Below, in pieces: positions 39,555-52,710 of a DNA stretch of 64,000 nt (position 1 is its first letter; every line of letters begins with the position of its first letter). Below the pieces are notes generated by a model. That model was not told the origin of the DNA. It searched no databases and saw only the letters and a list, made by a program, of their open reading frames with translations. Source of the stretch: Felis catus. Lineage: Eukaryota. The stretch covers positions 24,244,001 through 24,308,000 of the forward strand of contig NC_058383.1 in assembly GCF_018350175.1 (NCBI RefSeq). Reading direction: 5' to 3'. Position numbers and translations under genes: made by a program.

Positions 39555-42500
39555 TTTGTAGACAAGTCAAGTAAGAAATTGCTGCGACTGAGGTCAGAGA
39601 AGTTTTTTCCTGCTTTCTCCTCTAGGGTGTTGATGGTTTCCTGTCTCACATTCAGGTCCTTCATTCATTTTGAGTTTATTTTTGTGAATGGTGTAAGAAA
39701 GTGGTCTAGTTTCATTCTTCTGTATGTTGCTGTCCAGTTCTCCCAGCACCATTTGTTAAAGAGACTGTCTTTTTTCCACTGGATATTCTTTCCTGCTTTG
39801 TCAAAGATGAGTTGGCTATACTTTCGTGGGTCCAATTCTGGAGTCTCTATTCTATTCCATTGGTCTATGTGTCTGTTTTTGTGCCAATACCATGCTGTCT
39901 TGGTGATTACAGCTTTGTAGTAGAGGCTAAAGTCTGGGATTGTGATGTCTCCTGCTTTGGTCTTCTTCTTCAAAATTACTTTGGCAGCTTCTGGGAAGAT
40001 GGCGACGTAGGAGGACGCTGGGCTCACCGCATCATGAGGATCACTTAGATTCCACCCACACCTACCTAAATAACCCAGAAAATCACCAGAAGACTAGCAG
40101 AACGGATTCTCCAGAGCCAAGCGTAGATGAGAGGCCCACGGAAGTGGGCAGGAAGGGCGGAGAGGCGGTGCCCGCTTCAAGGACTGGCGGGAGGGCGCTG
40201 GGGTGGAGGGGCAGCCCGCCAGCCAAGCAGAGGCCCCGAGTCTGGCTTGCAAAAATGGAGGGGCCGGACGGAGTGTGTTCGGACAGCAAGCAGGACTTAA
40301 CATCTGGAAGGTTATAAGTTAACAGATCTGCTCATAGAGCAGGAGGGCTGGAAGACAACAGGAGGGAGAGTTGCTGAGCCCCAGACGACAGACTTCAGCT
40401 TGGCGGGGAACAAAGGCGCTTGCCAGCGCCATCTCCCTCGCCCATCCCCCAGCCAAAATCACAAAGGTAGCCAGTTCTCATCACGAAACTTGCTTGCACC
40501 ATGCAGACACCCAACCCAAGGCTGTCCTTCTGCGGATCCATCCCTCCGGCGGGCCTGACTGCCTCCCGGTGCTGCAGGGCCCCTCCTGAAGCAGATCTTC
40601 AAAGGAAAAGCAAGCTGAGCCTGCCCCTCCTGCCCCTGTGCACCTTGCCTACCCACCCCAGCTAATACGCCAGATCCCTAGCACCACAAGCCTGGCAGTG
40701 TGCAAGTAGCCCAGACGGGCTACACCACCCCACAGTGAATCCTGCCCCTGGGAGAGGGGAGGAGAAGGTACACACCAGTCTGACTGTGGACCCAGAGGTG
40801 GGCTGGGGGCAGACATCAGGTGTGAATGCGGTCCTGCCCACCAATGCCAGTTATTCAAGACAGCACAGGGGAAATGCCCTGCAGTTCCGCACCACTCCAG
40901 GGACTATCCAAAAAGATGAAACGGAAGAATTCACCTCAAAAAAACCTCCAGGAAATAATGACAGCTAACGAACTGATCAAAAATGATATAAACAATATAA
41001 CAGAAAGTGAATTTAGAATAATAGTCATAAAATTAATCGCTGGGCTTGAAAACAGTATAGAGGACAACAGAGAATCTCTTGCTACAGAGACAAGGGACTA
41101 AGGAACAGCCAGGAGGAGCTCAAAAATACTATTAATGAGCTGCACAATAAAATGGAGACAACCACAGCTTGGACAGAAGAGGCAGAGGAGAGAATAGGTA
41201 AACTAGAGGATAAAATTATGGAAAAAGAAGAAGCTGAGAAAAAGAGAGATAAAAAAAAACCAGGAGTGTGAGGGGAAAATTAGAGAACTAAGTGATGCAC
41301 TAAAGAGAAATAATCTATGCATAATTGGTATTCCAGAGGAGGAAGAGAGAGGGAAAGGTGATGAAGGTGTACTTGAAGAAATCATAGCTGAGAACTTCCC
41401 TGATCTGGGGAAGGAAAAAGGCAATGAAATCCAAGAGGCACAGAGAACTCCCTTCAGACGTAATTTGAATCAATCTTCTGCACGACATATCATAGTGAAA
41501 CTGGCAAAATACAAGGATAAAGAGAAAATTCTGAAAGCAGCTAGGGATAAACATGCTCTAACATATAAAGGGAGACCTATAAGACTCGTGACCAATCTCT
41601 CTACTGAAACTTGACAGGCCAGAAAGGAATGGCAGGAGATCTTCAATGTGATGAACAGAAAAAAATATGCAGCCAAAAATCCTCTATCCAGCAAATCTGT
41701 CATTTAGAATAGAAGGAGAGAGAAAGGTCTTCCCAAACAAACAAAAACTGAAGGAATTCGTCACCACTAAACCAGCCCTACAAGAGATCCTAAGGGGGAT
41801 CCTGTGAGACAAAGTAGCAGAGATATCGCTACAAGCATGAAACCTACGGACATCACAATGACTCTAAACCCATATCTTTCTATAATAACACTGAATGTAA
41901 ATGGACTAAATGTGCCAACCAAAAGACAGGGTATCAGAATGGATAAAAAAACAAGACCCATCTATTTGCTATCTACAAGACACTCATTTTAGTCCTGAGG
42001 ACACTTTCAGATTGAAAGTGAAGGGATGGAGAACTACTTATCATGCTACTGGAAGTCAAAAGAGAGCTGGAGTATCCATACTTATATCAGACAAACTAGG
42101 CTTTAAATTAAAGGCTGTAACAAGAGATGAAGAAGGGCATTATACAATAATTACAGGGTCTACCCATCAAGAACTAACAATTATAAATGTCTATGCGCCA
42201 AATAGGGGAGCCCCCAAATATATAAAACAATTCATCACAAACATAAGCAATGTTATTGACAAGAATGTGGTAATTGCAGGAGACTTTAATACCCCACTGA
42301 CAACAATGGGTAGATCATCTAAACACATGGTCAATAAAGAAACAAGGGCCCTGAATGATACATTGGATCAGATGGACTTGACAGATATATTTAGAACTCT
42401 GTATCCCAAAGCAACAGAATATACTTTCTTCTCGAATGCACATGGAACATTCTCCAAGATATATCACATACTGGGTCACAAAACAGCCCTTCATAAGTAT

Positions 42501-45500
42501 ACAAGAATTGAGATCATACCATGCATACTTTCAGACCACAATGAGATGAAGCTTGAAATCAACCACAGGAAAAAGTCTGGAAAACCTCCAAAAGCGTGGA
42601 GGTTAAAGAACACCTTACTAAAGAATCAATGGGCCAACCAGGCAATTAGAGAAGAAATTAAAAAATATATGGAAACAAACGAAAATGAAAATACAACAAT
42701 CCAAATGCTTTGGGATGCAGCAAAGGCAGTCCTGAGAGGAAAATACATCGCAACCCAGGCCTATCTCAAGAAACAAGAAAAATCCCAAATACAAAATCTA
42801 ACAGCACACCTAAAGGAAATAGAAGCAGAACAGCAAAGGCAGCCTAAACCCAGCAGAAGAAGAGAAATAATAAAGATCAGAGCAGAAATAAACAATATAG
42901 AATCTAAAAAACTGTAGAGCAGATCAATGAAACCAAGAGTTGGTTTTTTTGAAAAAATAAACACAATTGATAAACCTCTAGCTAGGCTTCTCAAACAGAA
43001 AAGGGAGATGACCCAAATAGATAAAATCAGGAATGAAAATGGAATTAGTACAAACAATCCCTCAGAAATACAAGCAATTATCAGGGAATACTAGAAAAAA
43101 TTATATGCCAACAAACTGGACAACCTGGAAGAAATGGACAAATTCCTAAACACCCACATGCTTCCAAAACTCAAACAGGAGGAAATAGAAAGCTTGAACA
43201 GACCCATAGCCAGCAAAGAAATTGAATCAGTTATCAAAAATCTCCCAACAAATAAGAGTCCAGGACCAGATGGCTTCCCAGGGGAGTTCTACCAGATGTT
43301 GAAAGCAGAGATAATACCTATCCTTCTCAAGCTACTCCAAAAACAGAAAGGGAAGGAAAACTTCCAGACTCATTCTATGAAGCCAGTATTACTTTGATTC
43401 CTAAACTAGACTGAGACCCAGTAAAAAAAGAGAACTACAGGCCAAAATCCCTGATGAATATGGATGTAAAAATTCTCAATAAGATACTAGCAAATCGAAT
43501 TCAACAGCTTATAAAAAGAATTATTCACCATGATCAAGTGTGATTCATCCCTGGGATGCAGGGCTGGTTCAACATTTGCAAATCAATCAATGTGATATAT
43601 CACATTAATAAAAGAAAAGAAAAGAAACATATGATCCTGTCAATCGATGCAGAAAAAGCATTTGACAAAATTCAGCATCCTTTCTTAATAAAAACCCTCG
43701 AGAAAGTCGGGATAGAAGGAACATACTGAAACATCATGAAAGCCAATTATAAAAAGCCCACAGCTAATATCATCCTCAATGGGGAAACACTGAGAGCTTC
43801 CCCCTGAGATCAGAAACACGACAGGGATGTCCACTCTCACTGCTGCTGTGTAACATAGCGATGGAAGTGCTAGCATCAGCAATCAGACAACAAAAGGAAA
43901 TCAAAGGCATCAAAATTGGCAAAGATGAAGTCAAGCTTTCACTTTTTGCAAATGACATGATAATATACATGGAGAACCCGACAGACTCCACCAAAAGTCT
44001 GCTAGAACTGATACATGAATTCAGCAAAGTTGCAGGATACAAAATCAATGTACAGATGTCAGTTGCATTCTTATACACTAACAATGAAGCAACAGAAAGA
44101 CAAAGAAACTGATCCCATTCACAATTGCACCAAGAAGCATAAAATACCTAGGGATAAACCTAACGAAAGATGTAAAAGATCTGTATGATGAAAACTATAG
44201 AAAGCTTATGAAGGAAATTGAAGAAGATATAAAGAAATGGAAAAACATTCCGTGCTCATGGATTGGAAGAATAAATATTGTTAAAATGTCAATACTACCC
44301 AAAGCAATCTACACATTCAATGCAATCCCAATCAAAATTGCACCAGCATTCTTCTCGAAACTAGAACAAGCAATCCTAAAATTCATATGGAACCACAAAA
44401 GGCTCCGAATAGCCAAAGTAATTTTGTAGAAGAAGACCAAAGCAGGAGACATCACAATCCCAGACTTTAGCCTCTACTACAAAGCTGTAATCATCAAGAC
44501 AGCATGGTATTGGCATTAAAACAGACACATAGACCAATGGAATAGAATAGAAACCCCAGAACTAGACCCACAAACGTATGGCCAACTCATCTTTGACAAA
44601 GCAGGAAAGAACATCCAATGGAAAAAAGTCTCTTTAACAAATGGTGCTGGGAGAACTGGACAGCAACATGCAGAAGGTTGAAACTAGACCACTTTCTTAC
44701 ACCATTCACAAAAATAAACTCAAAATGGATAAAGGACCTGAGTGTGAGACAGGAAACCATCAAAACCCTAGAGGAGAAAGCAGGAAAAAGCCTCTCTGAC
44801 CTCAGCTGTAGGAATTTCTTACTTGACACATCCCCAAAGTCAAGGCAATTAAAAGCAAAAATGAACTACTGGGACCTCATGAAGATGAAAAGCTTCTGCA
44901 CAGCAAAGGAAACAACCAACAAAACTAAAAGGCAACCAACAGAATGGGAAAAGATATTTGCAAATGACATATCAGACAAAGGGCTAGTATTCAAAATCCA
45001 TAAAGAACTCACCAAACTCCACACCCAAAAAACAAATAATCCAGTGAGGAAATGGGCAGAAAACATGAATAGACACTTCTCTAAAGAAGACCTCCAGATG
45101 GCCAACAGGCACATGAAAAGATGCTCAATGTCGCTCCTCATCAGGAAAATACAAATCAAAACCACACTCAGATATCACCTCACGCCAGTCAGAGTGGCCA
45201 AAATGAACAAATCAAGAGACTATAGATGCTGGAGAGGATGTGGAGAAATGGGAACCCTCTTGCACTGTTGGTGGGAATGGAAATTGGTGCAGCCACTCTG
45301 GATAACAATGTGGAGGTTCCTCAAAAAATTAAAAATAGACCTACCCTATGACCCAGCAATAGCACTGCTAGGAATTTACCCAAGGGATACAGGAGTACTG
45401 GTGCATAGGGGCACTTGTACCCCAATGTTTATAGCAGCACTCTCAACAATAGCCAAATTGTGGAAAAAGCCTAAATGTCCATCAACTGATGAATGGATAA

Positions 45501-47795
45501 AGAAATTGTGGTTTATATACACAATGGAGTACCATGTGGCAATGAGAAAGAATGAAATATGGCCCTTTGTAGCAACGTGGATGGAACTGGAGAATGTGAT
45601 GCTAAGTGAAATAAGCCATTCAGAGAAAGACAGATACCATATGTTTTCACTCTTATGTGGATCCTGAGAACCTTCACAGAAACCCATGCGGGAGGGGAAG
45701 GAAAAAAAAAATAAGGTTAACGTGGGAGACAGCCAAAACATGAGACCCTTAAAAAGTGAGAACTGAGGGTTGATGGGGGGGTGGGAGGGAAGGAAGGGTA
45801 GGTGATGAGCACTGAAGAGGGTATCTTTTGGGATTAGCACTAGGTGTGGCATGGAAACCAATTTGACAATAAATTTCATATATTAAAAAAATTACTTTGG
45901 ATATTCAGGGCCTTTTGTGATTCCATACAAATTTTAGGATTGCTTGTTCTAGCTTCGAGAAGAGTGTTGGCGCAATTATGATTGGGATTCCATTTAATGT
46001 GTTAATTTCTTTGGGTACCATTGACATTTTCACAGTATTTATTTTTCCAATCCATTAGCATGGAATGTTTTTCCATTTCTTTGTATCTTCTTCAATTTCC
46101 TTCATAAGCTTTCTATAGTTTTCAGCATACAGATATTTTACATCTTTCATTAGGTTTATTCCTAGGTATTTTATGCTTCTTGGTGCAATTGTGAATGGGA
46201 TCAGTTTCTTTATTTGTCTTTCTGTTGCTTCATTATTAGTGTATAAGAATGCAACTGATATCTGTACATTAATTTTGTACCTTGCAACTTTGCTGAATTC
46301 ATGTATCAGTTCTAGTAGACTTTCAGTGGAGTCTGTTGGGTTTTCCATGTATATCATGTCATCTGGAAAAAGTGAAAGCTTGACTTCATCTTTGCCAATT
46401 TTGATGCCTTTGATTTCCTTTTGTTGTCTGATTGCTGATGCTAGAACTTCCAATACTATGTTAAACAACGTGGTAAGAGTGGACATCCCTGTCGTGTTTC
46501 TGATCTCAGGGGGAAAGCTCTCAGTTATTCCCCATTGAGGATGATTATTAGCTGTGGGCTTTTCATAAATAGCTTTTATGATGTTTAAGTATGTTCCCTC
46601 TATCCCGACTTTCTCGAGGGTTTTTATTAAGAAAGGATGCTGAATTTTGTCAAATGCTACATCTCCAAAGGCAAGGGAATTAAAAGCAAAAGTGAACTAT
46701 TGGGACCTCATGAAGATGAAAAGCTTCTGCACTGCAAAGGAAACAATCAACAAAACTAAAAGGCAACCAATGGAATGGGAAAAGATATTTGCAAATGACA
46801 TATCAGACAAAGGGCTAGTATTCAAAATCCATAAAGAACTCACCAAACTCCACACCCAAAAAACAAATAACCTAGTGAAGAAATGGGCAGAAGACATGAA
46901 TAGATACTTCTCTAAAGAAGACCTCCAGATGGCCAAGAGACACATGAAAAGATGCTCAACGTCACTCCTCATCAGGGAAATACAAATCAAAACCACACTC
47001 AGGTATCACCTCACACCAGTCAGAGTGGCCAAAATGAATAAATCAGACTATAGATGCTGGCGAGGATGTGGAGAAACGGGAACCCTCTTTCACTGTTGGT
47101 GGGAATGCAAACTGATGCAGCCACTCTGGAAAACAGTGTGAAGGTTCCTCAAACCATTAAAAATAGACCTACCGTATGACCCAGCAACAACACTCCTAGG
47201 AACTTACCCAAGGGATACAGGAGTGTGATGCATAAGGGCACTTGTACCCCAATGTTTATAGCAGCACTTTCAAAAATAGCCAAATTATGGAATAAGCCTA
47301 AATGTCCATCAACTGATAAATGGAATTAAGAAATTATGGTTTATATACACAATGGAATATACATGACAGAAAGAATGAAATCTGGCCTTTTGTAGCAACA
47401 TGGATGGAACTGGAGAGTGTTATGCTAAGTGAAATAAGTCATACAGAGAAAGACAGATACCTTATGTTTTCACTTTAAGGTGGATCCTGAGAAACTTAAC
47501 AGAGGACCATGGAGGAGGGAAAGGGGAAAAAAAGTTAGAGAGAGGGAAGGAGGCAAACCATAAGAGACTCTTGAAAACTGAGAACAAACTGAGGGTTGAT
47601 GGGGGGTGGGAGGGAGGGGAGAGTGGGTGATGGGTATTGAGGAGGGCACCTTTTGGGATGAGCACTGGGTGTTGTATGGAAACCAATTTGACAATAAATT
47701 TCATATTAAAAAAATAAACACACCTACCAATTTTTTTTTCCAAAATAAAAAAAGAAACCAGTTTGACAATAAATTTCGTATTAAAAAAAAAAACC
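39555..47795 (+). mobile_element. 5'-inverted (twin-primed) L1: minus segment 39555-39984 plus 45901-46658, plus segment 46659-47795
   Basis: 13-bp TSD aaaacctagtccc (39542-39554 and 47796-47808); strand switch at caaatgct|acatctccaaagg. Confidence 0.92.
39985..45887 (+). mobile_element. Near full-length feline-type L1, about 5.9 kb; ORF1 (ATG about 40917) and ORF2 disrupted by frameshifts and stops
   Basis: CpG-rich 5'UTR, EN peptide 41910..42917, C-terminal peptide 44618..45667, AATAAA and A tail. 13-bp TSD aaaattactttgg (39972-39984 and 45888-45900). Confidence 0.96.
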
Positions 47796-49558
47796 AAAAC
47801 CTAGTCCCCACTCTAAGGGCACTTTGAGGTGGGGCCATTGAGAAATGATTAGGTGATGAAGGATGAGCCCTCATGCATCAGAATAGTGCCAATATAAAGC
47901 AGACCCTGGAGAGCTTGCATTCATTCTGTCACAGGAGGAGACAGTGATGAGGTACCATCTATGAACCAGAACCACAGAGTGGGTTCTCATCAGACATCCT
48001 GAATCTGCTGGCACATTGATCTTGGACTTTCCCGGCTCCGGAAATGAGAGAAGTAAATTTCTATTGCTTATAAGGTATACTGTTTGATATTTTTGTTATA
48101 GTAGCCTGAAGGGATTAAAACACATACACTTAGGACTTGTGTATTTTTTTGTTTGTATGTTATACTTCAATGAAAAATTTTAAAAAATGAAATATAAATA
48201 AATCACAATGTTGACATTTATGTACCATGTTCTGGGGACTCAAAGAAAAAACTTTAAATTATCATTGAGAATTAAAAAGAGACCATCAACAAGGAGATAG
48301 CAGCACAACATTTGGGACAAGTAAGTTAACTGTGTGTACACCAACTAGAAAAGAAAGGAAAGCATTACAGTCAGAGGAAACACAAACATAAAGGAAGTTT
48401 CAAAAAAGCCATTCGTTTGATGGATGGATAAGGAGATGTGTGACAAGAGCCCTGAGTGAGAAGAGCTGGATGGGGAGAAACAACATGAGCCTGAAACATG
48501 AAGTGTTGTGGCCACTAAGAAAGGAAAGAGAGAAAATGATATGATTCAAGATTACAGAAGGAGATAAGTGACATGGAGATGGCCGATGTGAACAGTCACA
48601 TCTAACAGCTACTGAGTATTCAGCTATGCGCCTGGCAATCTATCAAACACTCAACATGCATTTCCTCCTTTATGCCTCACAACAGCTGGTCCAGGTGACT
48701 AGACAGTGATAATTTTTCACACAATATCTAGTTGAATATCATGACAGTCCTGCAAATTAGTTTTAATCAATTTATATCTGAGAAAAAAGGCTAGAAAAGT
48801 TATATGACATGTCACAGTTAATAAACAACAGAGATAGGATTTAAATCTATGATTTATCAGTTCCTGAAACAAATTAGGCAATAAATCAACCATATGTGTA
48901 TGTATATGTATATGTGTGTGTGTGTGTGTGTGTATACATATAAGTTATATAAGTCATCTCACCCTCTATATTTATATTATACATTTATATATATTATATA
49001 AAATTATTTTATATTATGTACTTTATATATTTACATTATATATATTATACACATTATTGGCTAAATGACTGGAGTTTGAACTGCAAAGCATGTGGCCATA
49101 ACACAACATGCTCTCTGACCAAGAAACAGAAATTCTGAAGGGAACTATGAGACGTCATTTAGAAAAAAAATTCAGATATCAGAAAATGGAAAAACTAATC
49201 ACACAATCATAGAATCTTGACATTTAATTTTATCCGAATTCATCAAGACAATTCCACAGCCCAGTTGATTATTTCTTTGTAACTCACCTTATTCCAGAGA
49301 GATTTAGAGCATTTGGCATTTAAATTCTATCTGTAATTATCTTCTGAAACTAAAACTAAAGATCAAACCAATAATTCCAATAAAAAAAATTCTAGAAAAC
49401 TGCGAAGAGAAGTAAGTGTTCACTTTTGGCTGCTACCAAAACATAACCATCCACCAGTGCTGAGTGGTCAGAAATAATCCAACCCTCCACAAAAATTTAT
49501 GCTACAAACCCAACTTTTTCTACAGAAATTCTATCTACCACAAGAAAAGGAAAGTTAC

Positions 49559-49818
49559 CTTCAATCGGTTTTCCTTTTCCCACACAATAGCCTGAATGAG
49601 GGTAAGATGATTCATAGAGAAGATAAATAAGATTACTAAAGGGATGAAAATACCAAAAAAGGTATAGAAGTAATCATGAGAATATGCTGGATATGGAAAT
49701 CTCTGAACAAATACAGTGACTTCTCGGAATAGCTTTTGTGTAGCCTTGTGATTATAGTATTTCATGATGGCAATATCCACGGCATGCTGCATAGCCAGGA
49801 ACCCTTCAGTGATGTACC
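49559..49818 (-). CDS. ABCA coding exon 5 (260 nt): GYITEGFLAMQHAVD...QRFPYPAY...EKENRLK
   Basis: Within ORF 49535..49834; acceptor cacttag|, donor AAG|gtaact; phase 1 to 0. Confidence 0.95.
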
Positions 49819-50004
49819 CTAAGTGAGAAAACAAGGATTGCTAAGTACAACAGAACAAGTAACAGCTGAGCTGAACAAAGAAAAAGGTAACTGAAGTATG
49901 TCAAAGACAAACAACAAAGTTAATTATTGTAAAGAGGCCCTTGTTATAGTCTTAAATTTCCCAGAGCAGCTATTATGGTTTCCCCACACAAACAGATAAT
50001 AAAC

Positions 50005-50340
50005 ACTTTTTATTATTTAAAAAATACGAATATGGTTGACACACAATGTTACATTGGTTTCAGGTCTACAACATACTGATTTGACAAGTTTATACGTTAT
50101 GCTATGCTTACAAATGCAGATACCATCTGTCACCATAAAATGCTATTACACTACAATTCACTATACTCCTTATATTGTGCCTTTATTCTCATGACCTATT
50201 TACTCCTTAAATGGAAGCCTGTATCTCCCATTCCCCTTCACCCATTTTTTCCTATCCCTCCCTCCTCTGGCAACCATCATTTGTTCTCTGTATTTATAGG
50301 TCTGATTTTGCTTTTTGTTTATTCATTTGTTTAAGATTCT
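50005..50340 (-). mobile_element. L1 3'UTR fragment
   Basis: gttgacacacaatgttacattggtttcagg..ctctggcaaccatcatttgttctctg motif. Confidence 0.75.
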
Positions 50341-50354
50341 TTTTAAAAGGATCC

Positions 50355-50479
50355 TGAGGCACCTGGGCGGTTCGATGGGTTAAGCATTCAACTCTTGATT
50401 TCGGCTCAGGTCATGATCTCACGTTTGTGGGTTCACGCCCCATGTTGAGCTCAACGCTGACAGTGTAGAGCCTACTTGG

Positions 50480-50521
<42 letters not shown>

Positions 50522-50606
50522 CATCTCTCTCTGCCTCTACCCTTCTTGCTCACTCATATGCTCACACACTCTCTCCAAAAAAAAAAGAAAAAATTAAAAA
50601 ATAATA
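50355..50606 (+). mobile_element. CAN-SINE with (CT)n
   Basis: TSD aaaaggatcct. Confidence 0.9.
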
Positions 50607-50929
50607 AAAGGATCCTAATTCCCAGCTTCCCAGAAAGTAAATATTGTATGAAATTACAGAACTGCTTTCTGGAATTTCAATCAACTGAATGAGAATTACT
50701 GTATAGGTATAGATTTTAATTCAGTACTCTTGACATTTGAAAAATTAAGTGAAGTTCATACTGTGAGCTGATATCCACTAAGGCAGTAATACTCAATGTG
50801 GTCTTTAGATCTGTGGTAGTATGCAAAAGCTTCTTGCCGTCATACAACTTTAGTATGAAAATAAGCAAACACTTAAAAAACTTATTAAAATTTGGCATTG
50901 CTGTGACATCTGAAACTGATTTTTCTATT

Positions 50930-52480
50930 AATCTATACAAATTCTTTATAGATTTTGAATGTGAATATGTGTAACATTTTCTCCCCTCTGGATCTTTCCT
51001 TACTATATATTTTTTTAATGTTCATTTTTTTTTGAGAGAGAGAGAGGGAGAGAGAGAGAGAGCAGGGGAGGGGTAGAAAGGGGGAGACAGAGAATCTGAA
51101 GCAGGCTCTGTGCAGCGAGTGCAGAGCCCAATGCGGGGCTGAACTCACAAACTGTGAGATCATGACCTGAGCCAAAATGAAGAGTTGGACGCTTAACCAA
51201 TTGAGCCACCCAGGCACCCCTTGCCTTACTATTTTTTTTTCTAATGTTTATTTAGTTTTGAGAGACAGAGTGAGACAGAGTGTGAGCGGGGGAGGGCCAG
51301 AGAGAGGGAGACACAGAATCAGAAGCAGGCTGCAGGCTCTGAGCTGTCAGCACAGAGCCCCACACGGGGCTAGAACCACTAACTGTGAGAACATGACCTG
51401 AGCTGAAGTCGGACGCCCAACCAACTGAGCCACCCAGGTGCCCTGCCTTACTATTTTTAATAGTGTCTTTCACATAAGCAGAAGTATTTAATTTTAATGA
51501 AGTCAATTTATCCATTTTTTCCCCTTTTATGGTAATACTTTTTCTGTCTTAATGAATCATTGCTAGCCCCAAATTCATGAAGATATTCTCATAAATTTTG
51601 TTGTGGAAGATTTATGATTTTAGCTTTTGCATTTAGATTTATGATTATCTCGTTAATTAACTAATTTTGTGTAGATATGAGTTAGTGATCAAGATTCATT
51701 CTTTCCATATAAATGCCATGTTATTCCATCACAATTTGTTCAAAAGATTTCATTTCCCCAGTGAATTATATTGGCATCTTTGTGGAAAATCAAATGTCTA
51801 TTTCCAGATACCTCATTCTTTTTATTAATGTATTTCTTCATCCTTAAACCTATACAGTTTTGTCTTATGTACATTTGTACTAAGTCTTAAATGTTCTTTA
51901 ACACTGGCATTCCTTTCCAAGATTTTTTTACTAAGCTAGACCCTTTGCATTTCCTTATAAATTTTAGGATAGCTCGCCAATTTTTTCAAAAAAGACTGCT
52001 GGGATTTTGACTGTCACTATATTGCTATCATAGATCAATTTAGGGAGGATCTACATCCTAACAATTTTGAGTCATCCAACCAATGAGATTTAGATATCAT
52101 TTGTTTAGGTGTTTAAATTATCTCTCAGAAATGTTTTGGTGTAGATTTATAATTTATTTTTGTAGACTGGCTTTCTATCTTGGGTATTTGCTAAATTAAT
52201 ACATTGTATGTAATACTTTTTTGTGGATCTCTTCAGAATTTCCTGCACACGTGATTCTGTCAACTTCAAACAAAGGTAATTTCACTCTTTCCTTTCCAAA
52301 ATCTATACCTTTTATTTCATTTCCTTTTTCTGATACAAGCTAGGACATCCAGTAATATGCTGAATAGAACTGATGAGAGCAAACAACTTTACTTTATTCC
52401 TGATTACTAGGGGAGAAATGTTCAATATTTCACTAGGAAGATAACAAATTTCTCACACATGTACTTGATCAGATTCAGAA
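50930..52480 (-). mobile_element. Ancient L1 ORF2 remnant with nested SINEs
   Basis: Decayed antisense ORF2 (aattttaatgaagtcaatttatc, aaattttaggatagc, gctgaatagaactgatgagag). Confidence 0.7.
51007..51443 (-). mobile_element. Two tandem CAN-SINEs (51007-51220 and 51237-51443)
   Basis: Two complete antisense copies; TSD tgccttactattttt (51222-51236 and 51444-51458). Confidence 0.93.
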
Positions 52481-52488
52481 ACGTCACT

Positions 52489-52710
52489 GTTTTTGTTTTG
52501 TTTTGCTTTGTTTGAGAAAGAGGGAGAGAGAGCATGCATGCACATGAGTGCACAAGCAGGGGAGGAGCAGAGGGAGAAAGAATCTCAAAGCAGGCTCCAT
52601 GCCCAGTGTGGAGCCCAAAGTGGGGCTCAAAGCAGGGATGGATCTCACCACCATGAGATCATGACATGAGCCAAAATCAAGAGTTAGATGCTTAACAGAG
52701 CCACCTGGGG
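52489..52710 (-). mobile_element. Older CAN-SINE
   Basis: Antisense body gagatcatgacatgagccaaaatcaagagt. Confidence 0.85.

Larger units (their letters stand above)
39496..48122 (+). mobile_element. MaLR (MLT1/MST-type) LTR split by L1 insertions: halves about 39496-39554 and 47796-48122
   Basis: Rejoined sequence tagtttgaatgttagtgtttcctcaaaattc..gttgaaaacctagtccccact..gaggtggggcc..gagccctcatg..gaatctgctggcacattgatcttggactt is typical of MaLR LTRs. Confidence 0.8.

Noticed and set aside
41910..45667. Long ORFs (335 aa and 349 aa) as host genes or an active L1
   Set aside because: They are L1 ORF2 EN and C-terminal fragments separated by frameshifts and stops, and ORF1 is also broken. The element cannot be autonomous.
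62..47141. Recurrent antisense ORFs such as [23 protein letters not shown]
   Set aside because: This is the familiar antisense frame of the L1 ORF2 3' region, repeated because L1 is repeated.
49288..49345. Strong donor AAG|gtgagt with nearby acceptors in intron 5
   Set aside because: No ABCA homology, stops in the required frame, and exon 5 already joins exon 6 in phase.
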